63,642 bases of DNA, filler included, from Collodictyon triciliatum (GCA_043381765.1; 7 parts of 7 records of this genome joined end to end with filler, not necessarily neighbours in it); one strand, 5' to 3'. Positions 33,999-53,193 are shown, counted from the whole stretch's first letter. The notes: a model not told the origin generated them from the sequence alone. Made by a program: numbers and translations.

Positions 33999-34532
33999 TT
34001 TCCTGCTTGTGATAATATGGATAAGAAGCACTGTTGATACTTCTATTTTATTGCTTTTTGCTTCTTTTTTGCTCTTTTTTCTTTTTGGTTTTTGGTTTTT
34101 TTTCTTTTTGGTTTTTGGTTTTTGGTTTTTTTTCTTTTTGGTTTTTTTCTTTTTGGTTTTTGGTTTTTGGTTTTTGGTTTTTGGTTTTTGGTTTTTGGTT
34201 TTTGGTTTTTGGTTTTTGGTTTTTGGTTTTTGGTTTTTGGTTTTTGNNNNNNNNNNNNNNNNNNNNNNNNNNNNNNNNNNNNNNNNNNNNTTAATTAATT
34301 AANNNNNNNNNNNNNNNNNNNNNNNNNNNNNNNNNNNNNNNNNNNNTGTTTTTTATTCTTGTTTTTTATTCTTGTTTTTTATTCTTGTTTTTTATTCTTG
34401 TTTTTTATTCTTGTTTTTTATTCTTGTTTTTTATTCTTGTTTTTTGTTTTTGTTTTTGTTTTTGTTTTTGTTTTTGTTTTTGTTTTTTTTAATTGTATTT
34501 AGGTGAAAGGCAAGACTGGAACAGACGCGGCG

Positions 34533-37500
34533 ATGGACCCTGAGCTGCAGGCACACTGGAAACCACCGCCTCTGCCGCTTCCTCGAATGAGTCTGCAGGC
34601 GTCCACGTTTGACAGTCCACTTTTTGCATCAGCCGTTCCAAATGCCGTTCTCACAAGATTCAGGAATAGCGCTTCGACGCCACGTTGTGCGGATGTGATT
34701 CCGGTTCATGCGTGTGTTGTTCTTGCAGACGTGTCTGGGTTGGTGGCTTTTAACTCTTCTTTTTTTTTCTTTTTTTTTTTGGTTTTTGTTTCTTCTTTGC
34801 TTTTGCTTTTTCTTCTTTGCTTTTGCATTTGTTGATGTGGATCCCTTCTAAATATTTTTGAAATTATTGACTTCATTACAATAAATATGTGGGAAACCCC
34901 AAAAATACAGATTCACCCGCATGGCGGAAATCCTATCTGCAAAAGGGCACCACGGGGTGGAGGAGTTGACAATTCACCTAAACTCATACTTTGATAAGAT
35001 GATTGGGATAATCACGCAATTTGGAGGTATCCTCTTTATCCTTTCTTACCTCTTCTCGTCCGCGCTTTTGTTTGGCGATGTTGTTTATATAAATCTGCAA
35101 TCACATATCTGTGCTAAGGACGTGTCTATTTTTCCCTAGATTTATATGTTTGTTTTCATCTGAATCTTTAAAAGAAATCGTTTCCACACATTTTGTCGGG
35201 CTAGGTGATGTAGTGAAGTTTGCCGGAGATGCTCTTCTTTTGATATGGATTGACGACGATGAGTGAGCAACACTGATTATTAAATCGGCTATTGATTTCG
35301 TGCAAACAAAGCATCTTTCTTTTCTACTTCCAATTATTTATATTGTTAAATATTTATAATTATTTTTGTTCATTTTTTTTATTGCTAGGCTTACTTTTAT
35401 GATTTTCTAATACAACACAAAATAACAATATCGATCACAGATACAAGGAAAACATATCTAAACTGTCAACCGAGGATGAGTACGTATGGAAGCCCTACCA
35501 AAACGCAGACGAAAATACACACATCACCAATATGCTGTCGCAACTAACAAAGCAGGCCACTGAATGCAGTTTAGTCCTCGAAAAAACACTGAATAATTAC
35601 GAGGTGACCGACGGAATTCGTCTCTTTCTTCACTCTGGCATCGGCTCAGGAAAAATTCAGTTGGTTCATATTGGAGGATTTGATAACCGGTGTGAGTTTA
35701 TTGTTGTGGGCGGCCCTCTTTTTCAAATCGCCGAAGCTTTGCATCTTGCACAAAAAGGCGAGGTTGTGTTGTCTCCAGAAAGTCACCGCTTGGTTAGCCC
35801 TTTTGTCAGTGGAGAAGAATTGAAAGGCGGATATTTCAAGCTGAAAGAGTTTTCGATGCAAACCACTCCAAAGGCACATGACTCTTCATTTGGGAAGGAA
35901 AATATATGTTTTTTGCATCCATATGTAAATAAATCGGTAAGATACATGAGTTTTTTTTTTTGTAAAAGAATAAATGATTTAAATCAGTATTGTATGTTTT
36001 TGGAGAGTTGTTCTTTTATGATCGATAGTTGATTTTTCTTAAAAGAAAAAAATAATGATTATAAATCTAAAAGGTATTTGTTCGGTTGTCTTCTGGCTAT
36101 TCTCTTCGGATGCTGAATGAAATTAGGAAAACAAGCGTCATGTTTATGATGCTCCCTGGAATGGACTTCAAAACGCGGGAGTCGTGCCAGTCAGCACAGA
36201 ATTTTATATACTCTTGTCAAAAGATTCTCTCTAAATTTGATGGTTCTGTGCGGCAGTTTATAATGGTCAGGAATTAAACCCACATCACTCCAATATCCTT
36301 TTTATGTAGAACCAGAATGAAATATAACACCAATAGCCGAGCTTTAACCTAGTGGGAAAAATATGTAGGATGATAAAGGTTGCGTGCTTATTAATTGCTT
36401 CGGACTTCCTACTCAATCGCATCCAGATGATGCACATCGATGTGTATTAGGTGCGCCTTTCTTTTCTATATAATTATTTGGTGAATCGATGAGATTGTCA
36501 ATTTCAAGAAAATGCATTTAAAAAAATCCAAGTTGGAGATCATTCATGCTTGGTTTGTCGTGCATTCATTTGAAGTTTCTGGTAACCATTCTTTTCTGCG
36601 TTCTTTATCAGCGTCTCAGGCTATGCTGAAAGAGTCCAATTTAATGGGTATTAGTTGTTGTATTGGAATCACTACAGGTTCTGTCTTTTGTGGTGTTGTT
36701 GGAAATTATCAACGATGGGAATATGCCCTGGGTTTGTGTATATGTATTCCGGAATTGCTTTTTTGTAGACAAAATTTAAAGTTTTTTAAATGATTTAATT
36801 CTTTGATCGTTTTTGTTTGTCTATAGTCGGAGATCTCGTCAATCTATCATCTAGATTGAGCGGTCATAGCAATAATAATATCATATGCGATGAAGAAACC
36901 ATGAAAAGTTGCATGGAAAAGTACGATTGAAAAAAAAAAAGCTCAACTCTATCCCAAATGCACAATTTAATGACCAATATGATTCATTATTAAAGACACC
37001 CAGTAATTTAAGTATGTGCAGGGGTCTTACTATGTCATTTTTGAAGCCAGTACAAGTGAAAGGAAAAGAAAAACCCGTTCCTGTTTTTAGTCCGCCCTTA
37101 TCTCAGAACAAAAAGCCTTTGATTAATGTAGATGTATGTTTTCGTTGATCATTTGAATTTAGAGTACGATGAGTACCTTTATGACTCGCTTGCAAGGACA
37201 TGATAACTGAATTCATCTCAAATTATATTTTATTATAATGTCTCTCCCGATTTTTGAAGTTATATAGTATTTTTTCTATGACCGAAATGGAAATTCAGGT
37301 GATTATGTTTTATTTTCTATAGCCTTATGCTTTCCATGGAAGGTCAGATGAAAAAATGATTTTCCATGATACTATGCAGAGATGCACGAAGGACACGCAA
37401 AACCAATTGTTGCTTTTCGAAGGGGAATGTGGTTTGGATTTATTCTCTGCTGTGCACTATCTCTTGTATGCATAATTTTCATATAATATTTCAATGACCT

Positions 37501-40500
37501 TTCATTTTCATCAATCTATTCTCCTACATATTGGGCCTACAAACCTTCATAACCACAGGAATCGGGAAGACCTCATTGATTCTCGAACTAGAAAAGATTT
37601 GCCACGGACTTGCTGCAACATCCATTCTATTCCACTCCAAAGAATACACGAGCTCTATCATGGGCGTGTGGCGAAGATATCTCTGTGTCCTTGCAAAAAA
37701 AGACCTCAAACAAGTGGACGAACTTATCCACCACCTCCCAACTGCAGACGACGGGTCTCTTGACTTGGAAATCATCCTGCCTTTCTTCCACTTCCCTTTC
37801 CTTCGGAAAACCACTTCAAAAACTGGAAATCCTGGGCGAAGTCCTGAATCCCAACAGCTTCGGATGGATGCACGGCTTTTGCAGCGTGGCTCGTCTCTGC
37901 GTTCTTTGCTCGGCGCCAACGATTCCATCTACAAACCTGTGCTTGTGAAAGGAATCGCTCGAATCGAATCATCGGAGATTTCTATCATCAATAGAAACAG
38001 TCAAAGGACTTCCCGCAGCGAAGCACATTCCGCGACCTTCTATGGCGGCCGTACATATGAAGAGCATTTGTCTCATGGAGAACTGCGCATTCGAAATCTG
38101 GAAAAACTTCTTTCATGCATTCTTAGAATGAAAGCTTCTGCCAAAAAGACTCCCCTCGTTCTTTTGGTCGATGATGTGGAGCTTCTTGATGAGCTATCTG
38201 GGGAGATTCTGGTTTCGATTTTGAAAACAGTGAAACCCATCGTTGTTGTGGCTATGACTCAGGTCGGTGAGGTTGAATCGGATTTGGTTGACCGACTTGC
38301 TCGATTTTCTAATGTGACCAGGTTTTGCCCATTTATTCGTTGTTTCTTTTTTTTTTTTGATTTTTCGAATTTTCTTGAATTATTATTATTGTTATTATTA
38401 TTGTTATTATTATTGTTATTATTATTGTTATTATTATTGTTATTATTATTGTTATTATTATTGTTATTATTATTGTTNNNNNNNNNNNNNNNNNNNNNNN
38501 NNNNNNNNNNNNNNNNNNNNNNNNNNNNNNNNNNNNNNNNNNNNNNNNNNNNNNNNNNNNNNNNNNNNNNNNNNNNNTATTATTATTATTGTTATTATTA
38601 TTGTTATTATTATTGTTATTATTATTGTTATTATTATTGTTATTATTATTGTTATTATTATTGTTATTATTATTGTTATTATTTTGTGATTCTATTCGAA
38701 ATCTTTTTTATATTGTGTTTGGTTACAGAATGTTGATGCGTGGATTGGACCGTGCACTTATTGAAAAAATAGTAAAGATTAAGCTCAATGTATCGCATTT
38801 GGCGCCCAAGGTCAGTTTTTGCAACAGGAAATATTATTAATTTGATCAGATAATTTCAACATCTCAGTGAAAATGAGATGCAGCGAAGTAAATGATTCTA
38901 CACACGCCCTTCACATGGGCCTTCCAACGTTATTTATGTATTTGACCATTTCCTAACATTAAAAAAACAACTATTACACCCGAAAAAAAATAGATGGAAG
39001 AGATCATGGCAGAGAAATCTAGAGGAAATCCGTTTTTATTGCAGCATTTGATTTCCTCCTACTCGAAATCGGGCCATATTCTCATCGATCAAAACACGAG
39101 AACAGCCCGGTTAAGTCAAGAGGTTTTGGATGCGGGGATAGCAGATGCAGTTGATACAATGACAGCGATGATATCACAAAGGCTGGACCAACTCGATTTT
39201 CCAAAGCAGCTCTTGTTAAAGGTGCCCTTTTGATACATCATCTTCAAACATAAATATCTATCAGCATATTTGGTTTGTAAACTTTCATTCAGTTTGTAGT
39301 GATTTTCCTTTCTCTTTTCTCCTTCTTCTTTGTCTTGTGTTAATCATATCTTCAATTTTCCCAAATATAAAATGGCATTCTGATCTAGTGTTTAAGTTGC
39401 ATCGGCGATATATTTCCCCTGAGTGTAATCCAGGCTTTGCTTTCATCCATGGAGAATGAGGAAGAAATTTGGAAGTCAATTAATCGAACGTACGTCCTTT
39501 AAGGGAAAAGATATGATACATTCATAAATATACATCAAACGAAACTGTTATAAAAGCTTTACTTATAATTGTATCCGTTATGAAGGTGCCTATTGGCGAG
39601 AGTCTTTATTGGAGTAAGTTGCTCATATTATTTTAATGTAGCCTTGGGCCAGAGTTGCATGTCCTCTCTTCCCACCATTTTATTGAAATAATGGACTTTG
39701 ATGCGTTTATTGGAAGAAACACCTCGACTGATGCTGATGGTATTCTTCGAAAGTGGACAACACATCGAGCTCGAGCACAGAAAGAACAAGTATATCGCTT
39801 TGTTGGAAGCGGAACACGAACAACCATCCGCAACCTTGTAACAAAGGAAACACGCTCGGCTATCAGCCAAAAGGTGAGATTGCTACATCAATATCTCGAT
39901 TTAAGTATCGAACTTATTTTAATAGTGCTTTGCCTCCTCATGTTTATCTATTGGTTCGCAGAAATTTGTTCCTTTACTCCTGAATTCTACCATTCCTTGC
40001 AATTGTTTTTCTGTTTTTTGTTTTTTGTTTTTTGTTTTTTGTTTTTTGTTTTTTGTTTTTTGTTTTTTGTTTTTTGTTTTTTGTTTTTTGTTTTTTGTTT
40101 TTTGTTTTTTGTTTGTGTGCGGTTTCGAGAACGCATAAGTCATAGAATAACGCAATTTTGCCATTTTAGATTGCTGTTATTTTCGAGGAACTTTTTCAAG
40201 GTCACCTGGACATGTACTATAAAGATCTTGCAGAACACTGGTGCGTTGCTGGGAATACAAGCAAAGCCGCTGAGGTAAGGGCCAATAACTCAGTTTTAAA
40301 GGAGGAGTATTTTTTTTTCTTCTTTTGATATGTGTGTGGATGTAACCTTACTATTTGAATTTAGTACTATGCCAGAGGTGGCATATTTTCCTTGAATAAC
40401 CAGGCTGTTTCTAATGGTATTCAACTGCTCAAGATCGCCCTTCAACTCTCACAGGTAATATGTTTTCCTCTCTTTTACTTGTCAAATTTTTTCATATATT

Positions 40501-42133
40501 CAGGCCAAATATTGAAAAGTATTTATTTGGCACACTCTCTAGGGGATTGCTTTTAGTCAAGTTGTGAAGTTGAAATGGGTTCGATACTTGGGCGATGCGT
40601 ACCGACTCAAAGGGCGCATTCAAGAGAGTTTAGAAGTCTTCGTTGATGCCATTCGCTCCATAGAAGGCGAAAATCTTGTAAACATGACAATATTTGCAGA
40701 GCCACAAAGGGCATTCTCTCCTTTTGAAAGAATGCAATCTCTAATTGAATCGGTAATTTATATTCATCACGAATACGTCATCATATGGTTTGGTTTTTTT
40801 TCTTTTGAACATCAATTTTTTTGCTTTTGTTTATTCATGATTTTCATAAATCATCTTTGTTATTTACAATCACCCAAAACAACTGTAGAAGGAATTATGA
40901 TCGAATATGCTTTATAGTTTTTCTCATCGAGGATGGGATTGAACTGAGAATATGCATTATCTTTCAATTATGTAGGTTTTAACTCTTCGAAGAATTCGGG
41001 TGTATGATGAATATCTCCCTTGGAGAAGTGATGGAGTATTGCGTTCAGAAATCAGCAAAATTCTAACCCTTTACACATCCGTTGGTTATCTTTTCCTCTT
41101 ACCACTCGAAAAATCTCTGATTTTGAATTAGGCATCAACCTATTTAATACGTGAAAAATATATACCGGTATATCTTTTAATTCTTGGGTGATAAATAATT
41201 GACTGAATGGATTTAATCTTGAAACAGACTCTGTTTTTTTCTGGAAGTTATGACATTCAAGTCGTCCTGCAAGGTGACTACCTTCCTTCTAATATATACA
41301 CGGAATGTGCTTAATAACAAAAATAAGAATAAGTTTAAAAAATATACCGCTGTGATAACCTAATTGATTAAGTGCATGCATCTCACGCTTCTGTTTGTAT
41401 GGAAATAACGTAGTTTGTCTCAGCAATATTCGACTATGCGCACCCATCGGCTATTCTGAGGAACTAGTCCATTCACTACTTTTGATTTCCCTTCTGTATG
41501 ATATGAAAGGCCGAAAGCTGATAAGCTGGATGTATCGAAAGAAGGCAATAGAGTAAGAGAGAAAAAATAGAAGATACATACCTACTTCCTCACATTAATA
41601 AAACAGTAAACCTTTATTATAGTTCCAATATTTTCAGATGACCTCGAAGGGTCATAGTGAGCCTTTACTATTTTGAATTTTTACATTTTCCAAAAATTGT
41701 ATTTCTAGACTATTGAAACTAGTGGAAAATCCTTTTGAAAATCCACTTGTCAATGGAATGTGGTATGTAATTTGTATCGCAGAGGCTCGATTTTTCGATG
41801 CATTAACGATTTATGGATTCGATGAAATCACTGATGAATCTTTTTCCATGTAAGAATTCGCTTCGGCTTGTTTACATTCTATTTTGTATTTTTTTTTTAA
41901 AAAAAAAAAAGTTAATTACAATAAAAACTGGTTAAAGAAAGGCTGTGCTGTTTGCTTATTTTAAGTGAATTTTGACTTTGCTTATTAGGCTCGACCCTCG
42001 GATAGCGCATGTTGCCTTGCTATATGTTTCATCCTGCTACTACCATCTTGGGATGTATGAACTGTCGTTAGAAACCGCCAAAGATTGCGAAGGTATTTTA
42101 AATCCTAAAATCAAATGCTTTCATCATAGTGCA

Positions 42134-42164
<31 letters not shown>

Positions 42165-43034
42165 TATTGGATTTGAAATTATCTACTATTGTGAGAAAGA
42201 AAAGAAAGAAATTCCTTGAATTGAGCGTGGCTCGTAGATACATCCAGGCGAAAGGAAAACTTGCAAACAGAACTGAATGCATCCGCGGTCATCGTCGGCT
42301 CTTTACTTCGATTGGGTTATGAGACAGAGGCCCGCGCACATCTCGGTGAATTAGGTATTCTGCCGATTTTTTTTTTCAGCGTATGTGTTGTGTTTTAGAT
42401 AGGATATTTCCACGATATTCTATCGCAAATATTCCAAATCCAGATTTTTTTTCTATTATTCAAGGTTAACCGTGTGGAAGATACCAGAATAAATCAATTT
42501 AAAAAAAACAATATTACATCTCCTTTGATTCTTCTAGATTATTCATCTGAATCCGCTGACCTATCTTTGTCAATCATGCTGAAATCGTGTGCAGCGCAGC
42601 TTTTTTATCGCGCTGGTGAATATGAAAAGAGCATCGAATTTTTGGTTCTTGCTTCAGAATGTATTAAAAAAGCCATGGTTGGTTTTTATTCAAAGAAGAA
42701 AACGTTAATCGCTGAACGAAATGAAAATGTAGAGGAAAATACGGCATCATTTAGTTTTACTTTATCGAATCAATTTGACAAAGAAGATTATATTTTGCAG
42801 GAAAACCCAGGGCTCAGTGTTTCTTTTATCTCTCCGGTGGACATGTTTCTCTCCACCGTCCTCGACATAATTCAGTCTCAAAAACTTTTATCTTCTGCAC
42901 TTGTGGATTCGCCGCACTTGACTGGGCCTTCCCAGCAAAATCAAAATGCGTATCCCAAATCCTCAATCGACGAAATAATCAAGAGTCCGCGAGGGCTCTT
43001 CACCTTGATGAACAACCGAGTGGATGGTAGCCCA

Positions 43035-43105
<71 letters not shown>

Positions 43106-44052
43106 CTTTTTTNNNNNNNNNNNNNNNNNNNNNNNNNNNNNNNNNNNNNNNNNNNNTTAATTAATTAANNNNNNNNNNNNNNNNNNNNNNNNNNNNNNNN
43201 NNNNNNNNNNNNAGAAAAAGAAGAAAAAGAAGAAAAAGAAGAAAAAGAAGAAAAAGAAGAAAAAGAAGAAAAAGAAGAAAAAGAAGAAAAAGAAGAAAAA
43301 GAAGAAAAAGAAGAAAAAGAAGAAAAAGAAAACAAACTCATTCACCGCAGGAAAAAAAAAAGCGAATGACTGAAAGAAGTCGACTTCGGGCTCGCTCTCT
43401 CAGTGAAAAATCCTTCCTTCGCGTTGATGTGGCAGACCCAGACTCTCTCGTAGTGGTGACCTTCGATCAGGCACAGTTTGGCAAACAGCGCTCCGCCTCC
43501 GTTTCAGGCCCCAGCCAACTTCAAGACTCCTACACAACCTCAGAGGAACGCCCAGCTTCTGCGTTGTCACTTTCTTTCACCGAGCCTCTGGTGGAAGATC
43601 GCCTCAGTAGTTCCTGTGTCGCAGAGGTAAGCGAATGCGACTCCCCAAGTGAACATGGGCACGAAACTGCGAGCCCCATGGAAGCACAGTCCCCTTGTCC
43701 AAGCACAACTCCAACCAACTCAAAAAAGAGTTTGTCCTTTTCTGGGGTTATATATGACTTGTTTGGATCGGGCGGAACATCTCCTCAGCGGAGAACATCT
43801 CTGAAGCATCTTTTCTCGAGAAAACACACTCCCCAGTCTCCTACTCTAAGTCCTTCGGCAGCATCAGCATCAGTAGCTCCTGTTCAAACAGTCATCCAAG
43901 AGGCGGAGATGATTCAAACGGGTATACTTAGTTCACAGCATTATGTTTGGATTCATAATATGCTCTTGCACCCCGTCTCATATCCGCGTGAATATGTCCA
44001 AAAGATACTTGTCTCCTTTGTTAGCCACCACTTTAGCTCGTATACTGTTTAA
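34533..44052 (+). CDS. Soluble adenylyl cyclase (ADCY10/sAC)-type protein: two class III cyclase domains, STAND P-loop NTPase, helical/TPR-like region
   Basis: C1: VVLADVSG|FTRMAE...LNSYFDKMI..GG|DVVKFAGDAL, LHSGIGSG. C2: LNEIRKTSVMF, FIM|DDKGCVLINCFGLP, IGITTGSVFCGVVGNYQRWEYAL|VGDLVNLSSRL. NTPase: FEGEC|GIGKT, LVLLVDDVELLD, RGNPFLL, RLDQL. The last exon (43351-44052) lies beyond a spacer gap and is joined only by phase-0 compatibility. More 5' exons may exist. Confidence 0.88.
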
Positions 44053-45711
44053 CATACGTGTTAATTGTCTTTTCTTCTTCTGTTAAGCATGGTATGATTA
44101 TTTGACGTAAGTGATACCTAGAGGGGTCTTTAGCATCTTAGAGGATATCATGTTCTTTAATCTCTAAAATCCTTGAAAGATGGCGATTCAAATAACTCAG
44201 CCAAATGTTTCTTTGAGTCAAATAAAGGGAAAAAAAAACTTAGCCACATATCTATCGTAGAGTTAATGATGGGGCTCCCTTCGAAGCGTAACTCTCATCA
44301 AACGTTGCACAACCTAAGGTACATTCGAAAAAAAATACAAAGAAAGAAATGACTTGCCATCTAAGCCTCATATTAAGTAAATAATCCAATATATACACGA
44401 CACAATTGTATCTGTATGAGCTCATTTCATTCATCCACCCCTTTTGTAAATTATTCGAATATTTGAACTTTATCTGAGTTTACACTACTCAGTCGCTCAG
44501 TGTTTTTTTTTTTTTTTTTTAAATGATACTTTGCTTCAGTTGGATGCTGTCACTGGTCACTTATATACACCAAATCGAATAGAGGATTAAAAAAACTGGT
44601 AACTTACATCTTCTACAAAATTATAGAGTGAAATCCTTCGAAGATGCGCTAGATAAGGATGTTATAGATATTTCGGTACTTAGGGCATACTCAACAACAG
44701 GTTTTGTGAATTTGCGGCACCAAAATGATAAAATATAGATACTCTTAGCTAGTGAATGTACACAATATCAACATCAATTATTCGCATACAACTACGTTGG
44801 ACTGTAAAAATATATATCTAAAACCATTTCTTCCCTTGAATCGAATAAAGGGAAAAAAATCAATACCTACGATTTCTGAGTCTATCTTGATTACTCTTTT
44901 ATAACACACCAAACAAAACAGGGATACCCGAGACCCCTCCGTCTTTGAGGTCAACATATTGGAAGGTACAGACATAGCTACTTCCCACTTGGTCTCAAAA
45001 ATATAATTGGTGTAGTTCTTGTTTTTTTTTTTTTGAACAGTAAGCCACCGATAATTTTTTGTGTGACTTCNNNNNNNNNNNNNNNNNNNNNNNNNNNNNN
45101 NNNNNNNNNNNNNNNNNNNNNNNNNNNNNNNNNNNNNNNNNNNNNNNNNNNNNNNNNNNNNNNNNNNNNNNNNNNNNNNNNNNNNNNNNNNNNNNNNNNN
45201 NNNNNNNNNNNNNNNNNNNNNNNNNNNNNNNNNNNNNNNNNNNNNNNNNNNNNNNNNNNNNNNNNNNNNNNNNNNNNNNNNNNNNNNNNNNNNNNNNNNN
45301 NNNNNNNNNNNNNNNNNNNNNNNNNNNNNNNNNNNNNNNNNNNNNNNNNNNNNNNNNNNNNNNNNNNNNNNNNNNNNNNNNNNNNNNNNNNNNNNNNNNN
45401 NNNNNNNNNNNNNNNNNNNNNNNNNNNNNNNNNNNNNNNNNNNNNNNNNNNNNNNNNNNNNNNNNNNNNNNNNNNNNNNNNNNNNNNNNNNNNNNCAAGA
45501 GGGAAGTAAACGAGCATATAAGTATGGTAAATTATGGTTGTGACAGCGGTATTGCTGCGCCCATAATCCAAGACAGTCCAGTCCACAACATCAATAGGTC
45601 CGTGTTGGGCCATCAATTTATTGCAAGACTAGAGCAAGTCTGTAATTCAGACAGCGGCTTGGGGATTGAGAATTTGAAAAAATGCACGAGAAGAGCTAAT
45701 GGCGAGGCCTG

Positions 45712-50185
<4,474 letters not shown>

Positions 50186-50320
50186 CTGTGAAATATCAGT
50201 GAGTGGAATGAGATTGTCTCAGCATCCTTTTGAATTGTGAATGGACGACAATATATTTTGAATCGTTGATTAGTTCCAATATGCCAGCATATGCATTTAT
50301 TTTCAAAATTTTATTACAAA

Positions 50321-50420
<100 letters not shown>

Positions 50421-50520
50421 NNNNNNNNNNNNNNNNNNNNNNNNNNNNNNNNNNNNNNNNNNNNTTAATTAATTAANNNNNNNNNNNNNNNNNNNNNNNN
50501 NNNNNNNNNNNNNNNNNNNN

Positions 50521-53193
50521 GGGTTTGTCTTTTTATTTATTGCTGGTATTGTGTTTTGGGTCTTGTTTGCGATTTACTTGCCAGCAGGAGTTGCAGCAAC
50601 AGACTATTGTGATGAGGTGATTATCTCCCTCTCCTCTATCTTCTCTTTATCTTGAAAAATGAACGATTTATCACATTTTTTTGCAGAAGTTTGTATTAGT
50701 ATATATTTATAATTATCATTTGTTACTTAATATATTTTTCTAATTAATTCCCAAACCAATTAATACATCATCCCACTTGCAGCCAAAAGTTGTATTGATG
50801 AAAGGACTTGACCACGTCGGTGGAGACGGGGGTGTGAATCACATATTCCATTAAACAAAATTTTCCATTTTCCATTATCCACTTCTCATTTCTCCTTTTC
50901 CTTTTTCCTTTTTTCCTTTTTTTTTCCTTTTTTTTCCTTTTTTTTCCTTTTTTTCCCTTTTTTTCCCTTTTTTTCTCTTTTTTTCCCTTTTCCCCCCTTT
51001 TCCCCCCTTTTTTCCCCTTTTTTCCCTTTTCTTTTCTCTGTATCCATGAATAGAACCGAATACCTAATTGCTGTCTACCGTGCTTCATTCTCTTTAGGTG
51101 TTGCCGTAAAAGGTTGCTACAATCGAGTCAGCATCTTTAAATCACTTGGCCACGAAAAAAAACTTCGGGTAATTGAAATATAGAACTTTATGATTGATTT
51201 TCTATTGATTATGCTCGATTCTACCAAATCAATATTCTTTTATTATTTTACAACTGAAACTCACAGCATAATACGCAGATATCTTACTATGTCGACTACG
51301 ATGCATATTTCGATCAGTATTACCAAACGAAAAGCAAATATAATATTACCTACATTTCCATGGTGACAGACTATGTGAGTCTAATCGCAATACAACCACG
51401 ATATGAATACGTAATATACGAGTAATTGGGCTTATATTTGACAGCTCACGGAACTTCTTGAGGATGATGAGTTGTTCGATATGCCTGAAGTGGAAGTCTC
51501 TGGTAACATATCCTTTTAGCCCTTTTTTTCCCATACTAATTGCTTCTTTCCAATCTACTGTGTATGTTTATGTATTAGATTCATACTAACTCTAGTGTGT
51601 GCAAAACTGCAGACCTCGGTTTCCAAGAAGAGGCCATAGACAAGAGCTTAGACCAAGTAAATGCTATAACAATGGCCTGCTGCGATTTATACTATGACTC
51701 AAGCAACATAACAGAGCTCGATGTACTTTTTACATCCATATTTTTCAAGTCCTATTCGGCCATGATTTTTAACCTTACATTATAATCAATTACATTTAAT
51801 GTAAAAAAAAAAAGCAATAAAATACAAATTAATGTTTGTGCTGCATGAATTCATTTCCTAGCCCAATTCTCTTGATGAATTAGACGACGAGCAAAGAGTA
51901 AGGCTTATACGATATCAAAGGACTACACTATACCTAATACGCACAAATAACACCCTCTACGAATATACAGTGGAACTAAACGTAAGTTAGCCAACTATTA
52001 AAATATTTTTCAACTGACTCCACCTATCCACATGCGCATTTCGTCTCTGTTGAATCTTAATTATGATGTAAAATACTGAATGGCATCTATTATTTCACAT
52101 CACTTTTTTTTTCTATAACTCATACATATTTATTTGGTTTCCTTGCAGTACAATCTAACCAAAATCGAAATTGACGCGGAATATGTTCGATCAAATCTCA
52201 CGCTTGTCGTTAATACCACAAACGAAATCCTCGTCACTGTGAGCATCTTAGTCTTTCATATATCTTAGTTTTCCTCCCACTATTCTTCTTTTTAGATACG
52301 ATTAAAAAAAAAGGATATACCATTAATGAATATAAATGAACAGGCGGTTATCGTGGACGAGGCAGTTTACAATGTGTCGGCTATGATTAACAATACTCAA
52401 GGCATGATTTTACTTTAATATGTCATTAATGTCAATAATGAAAATCCACATCATTTTTGTTTATTGCCTAGAGCAAGAGTTGCATTTAATTATGATTTGC
52501 CCACCAGATGACATATATGCTGTCGCCTTTTTGGGAGACTGTTCGTTTTTAGCTGATGATTATGACAAAATATCCGATAGTATATGCACTACCACGATGT
52601 ATGTGTACTAAAATATCATAATTGTTTGTATATCTTTCAAAATCACCTGAACCTAATGCATACTCACCTTGATTAGCTATGGAGTCGACACTGTTTGGTT
52701 TTCGTCGATTGTGATAGCCAGCTGCATTTTCACTTACATATGGACATCCCATATTTTATATAATCGCGTTTTTATCCAACCACGTAATTCCTTTCTACAA
52801 AATCAAACAACACACATACTTCCCACACATTTTTTTTTTTACAATATCACATATTCATGAAAATAAGTTAAAACAAATGCTTTGGTCAAATATATCTCTT
52901 TTTTTTTTAACTGCATAAACACACCAACCCAATTAAACCCAAACTTAATTCACTTATCAAATCTAAGCATTCCTGAACCACGAGATGACCGAGTTCTTCT
53001 CAAGGAAACGTAACTTATTCATCTTTTAATTTGCCACAGATGGGGTTGATTTTTTTTTTAAAAAAAGTTTATAATTAGCAGAGATAGTAAATCACATGTT
53101 TGGAGTCTCAGACGCAAATATCCTGACATCATTTCATTTCATTTTATTTTCTCCGACATCGAAGCAAAATATGGAACCTTTACGGAAATGTAG
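50521..53193 (+). CDS. Prominin/tweety-like membrane protein, copy 1 (5' half missing in gap)
   Basis: TM segment ending VFWVLFAIYLPAGVAATDYCDE, then a long helical acidic loop rich in N-x-S/T sequons, then GDCSFLADDYDKISDSICTTT..GVDTVWFSSIVIASCIFTYIW (final TM). The exact stop exon is uncertain. Confidence 0.65.

Noticed and set aside
35027..35204. Intron starting GTATCCTC, close to the U12 donor consensus
   Set aside because: It mismatches GTATCCTT and there is no convincing TCCTTAAC branch site near the acceptor. Donors in this genome are very degenerate, so a chance match is likely.
37166..37212. Possible intronic box C/D snoRNA (ACGATGA...CTGA)
   Set aside because: Imperfect C box, only ~45 nt between boxes, and a weak terminal stem.
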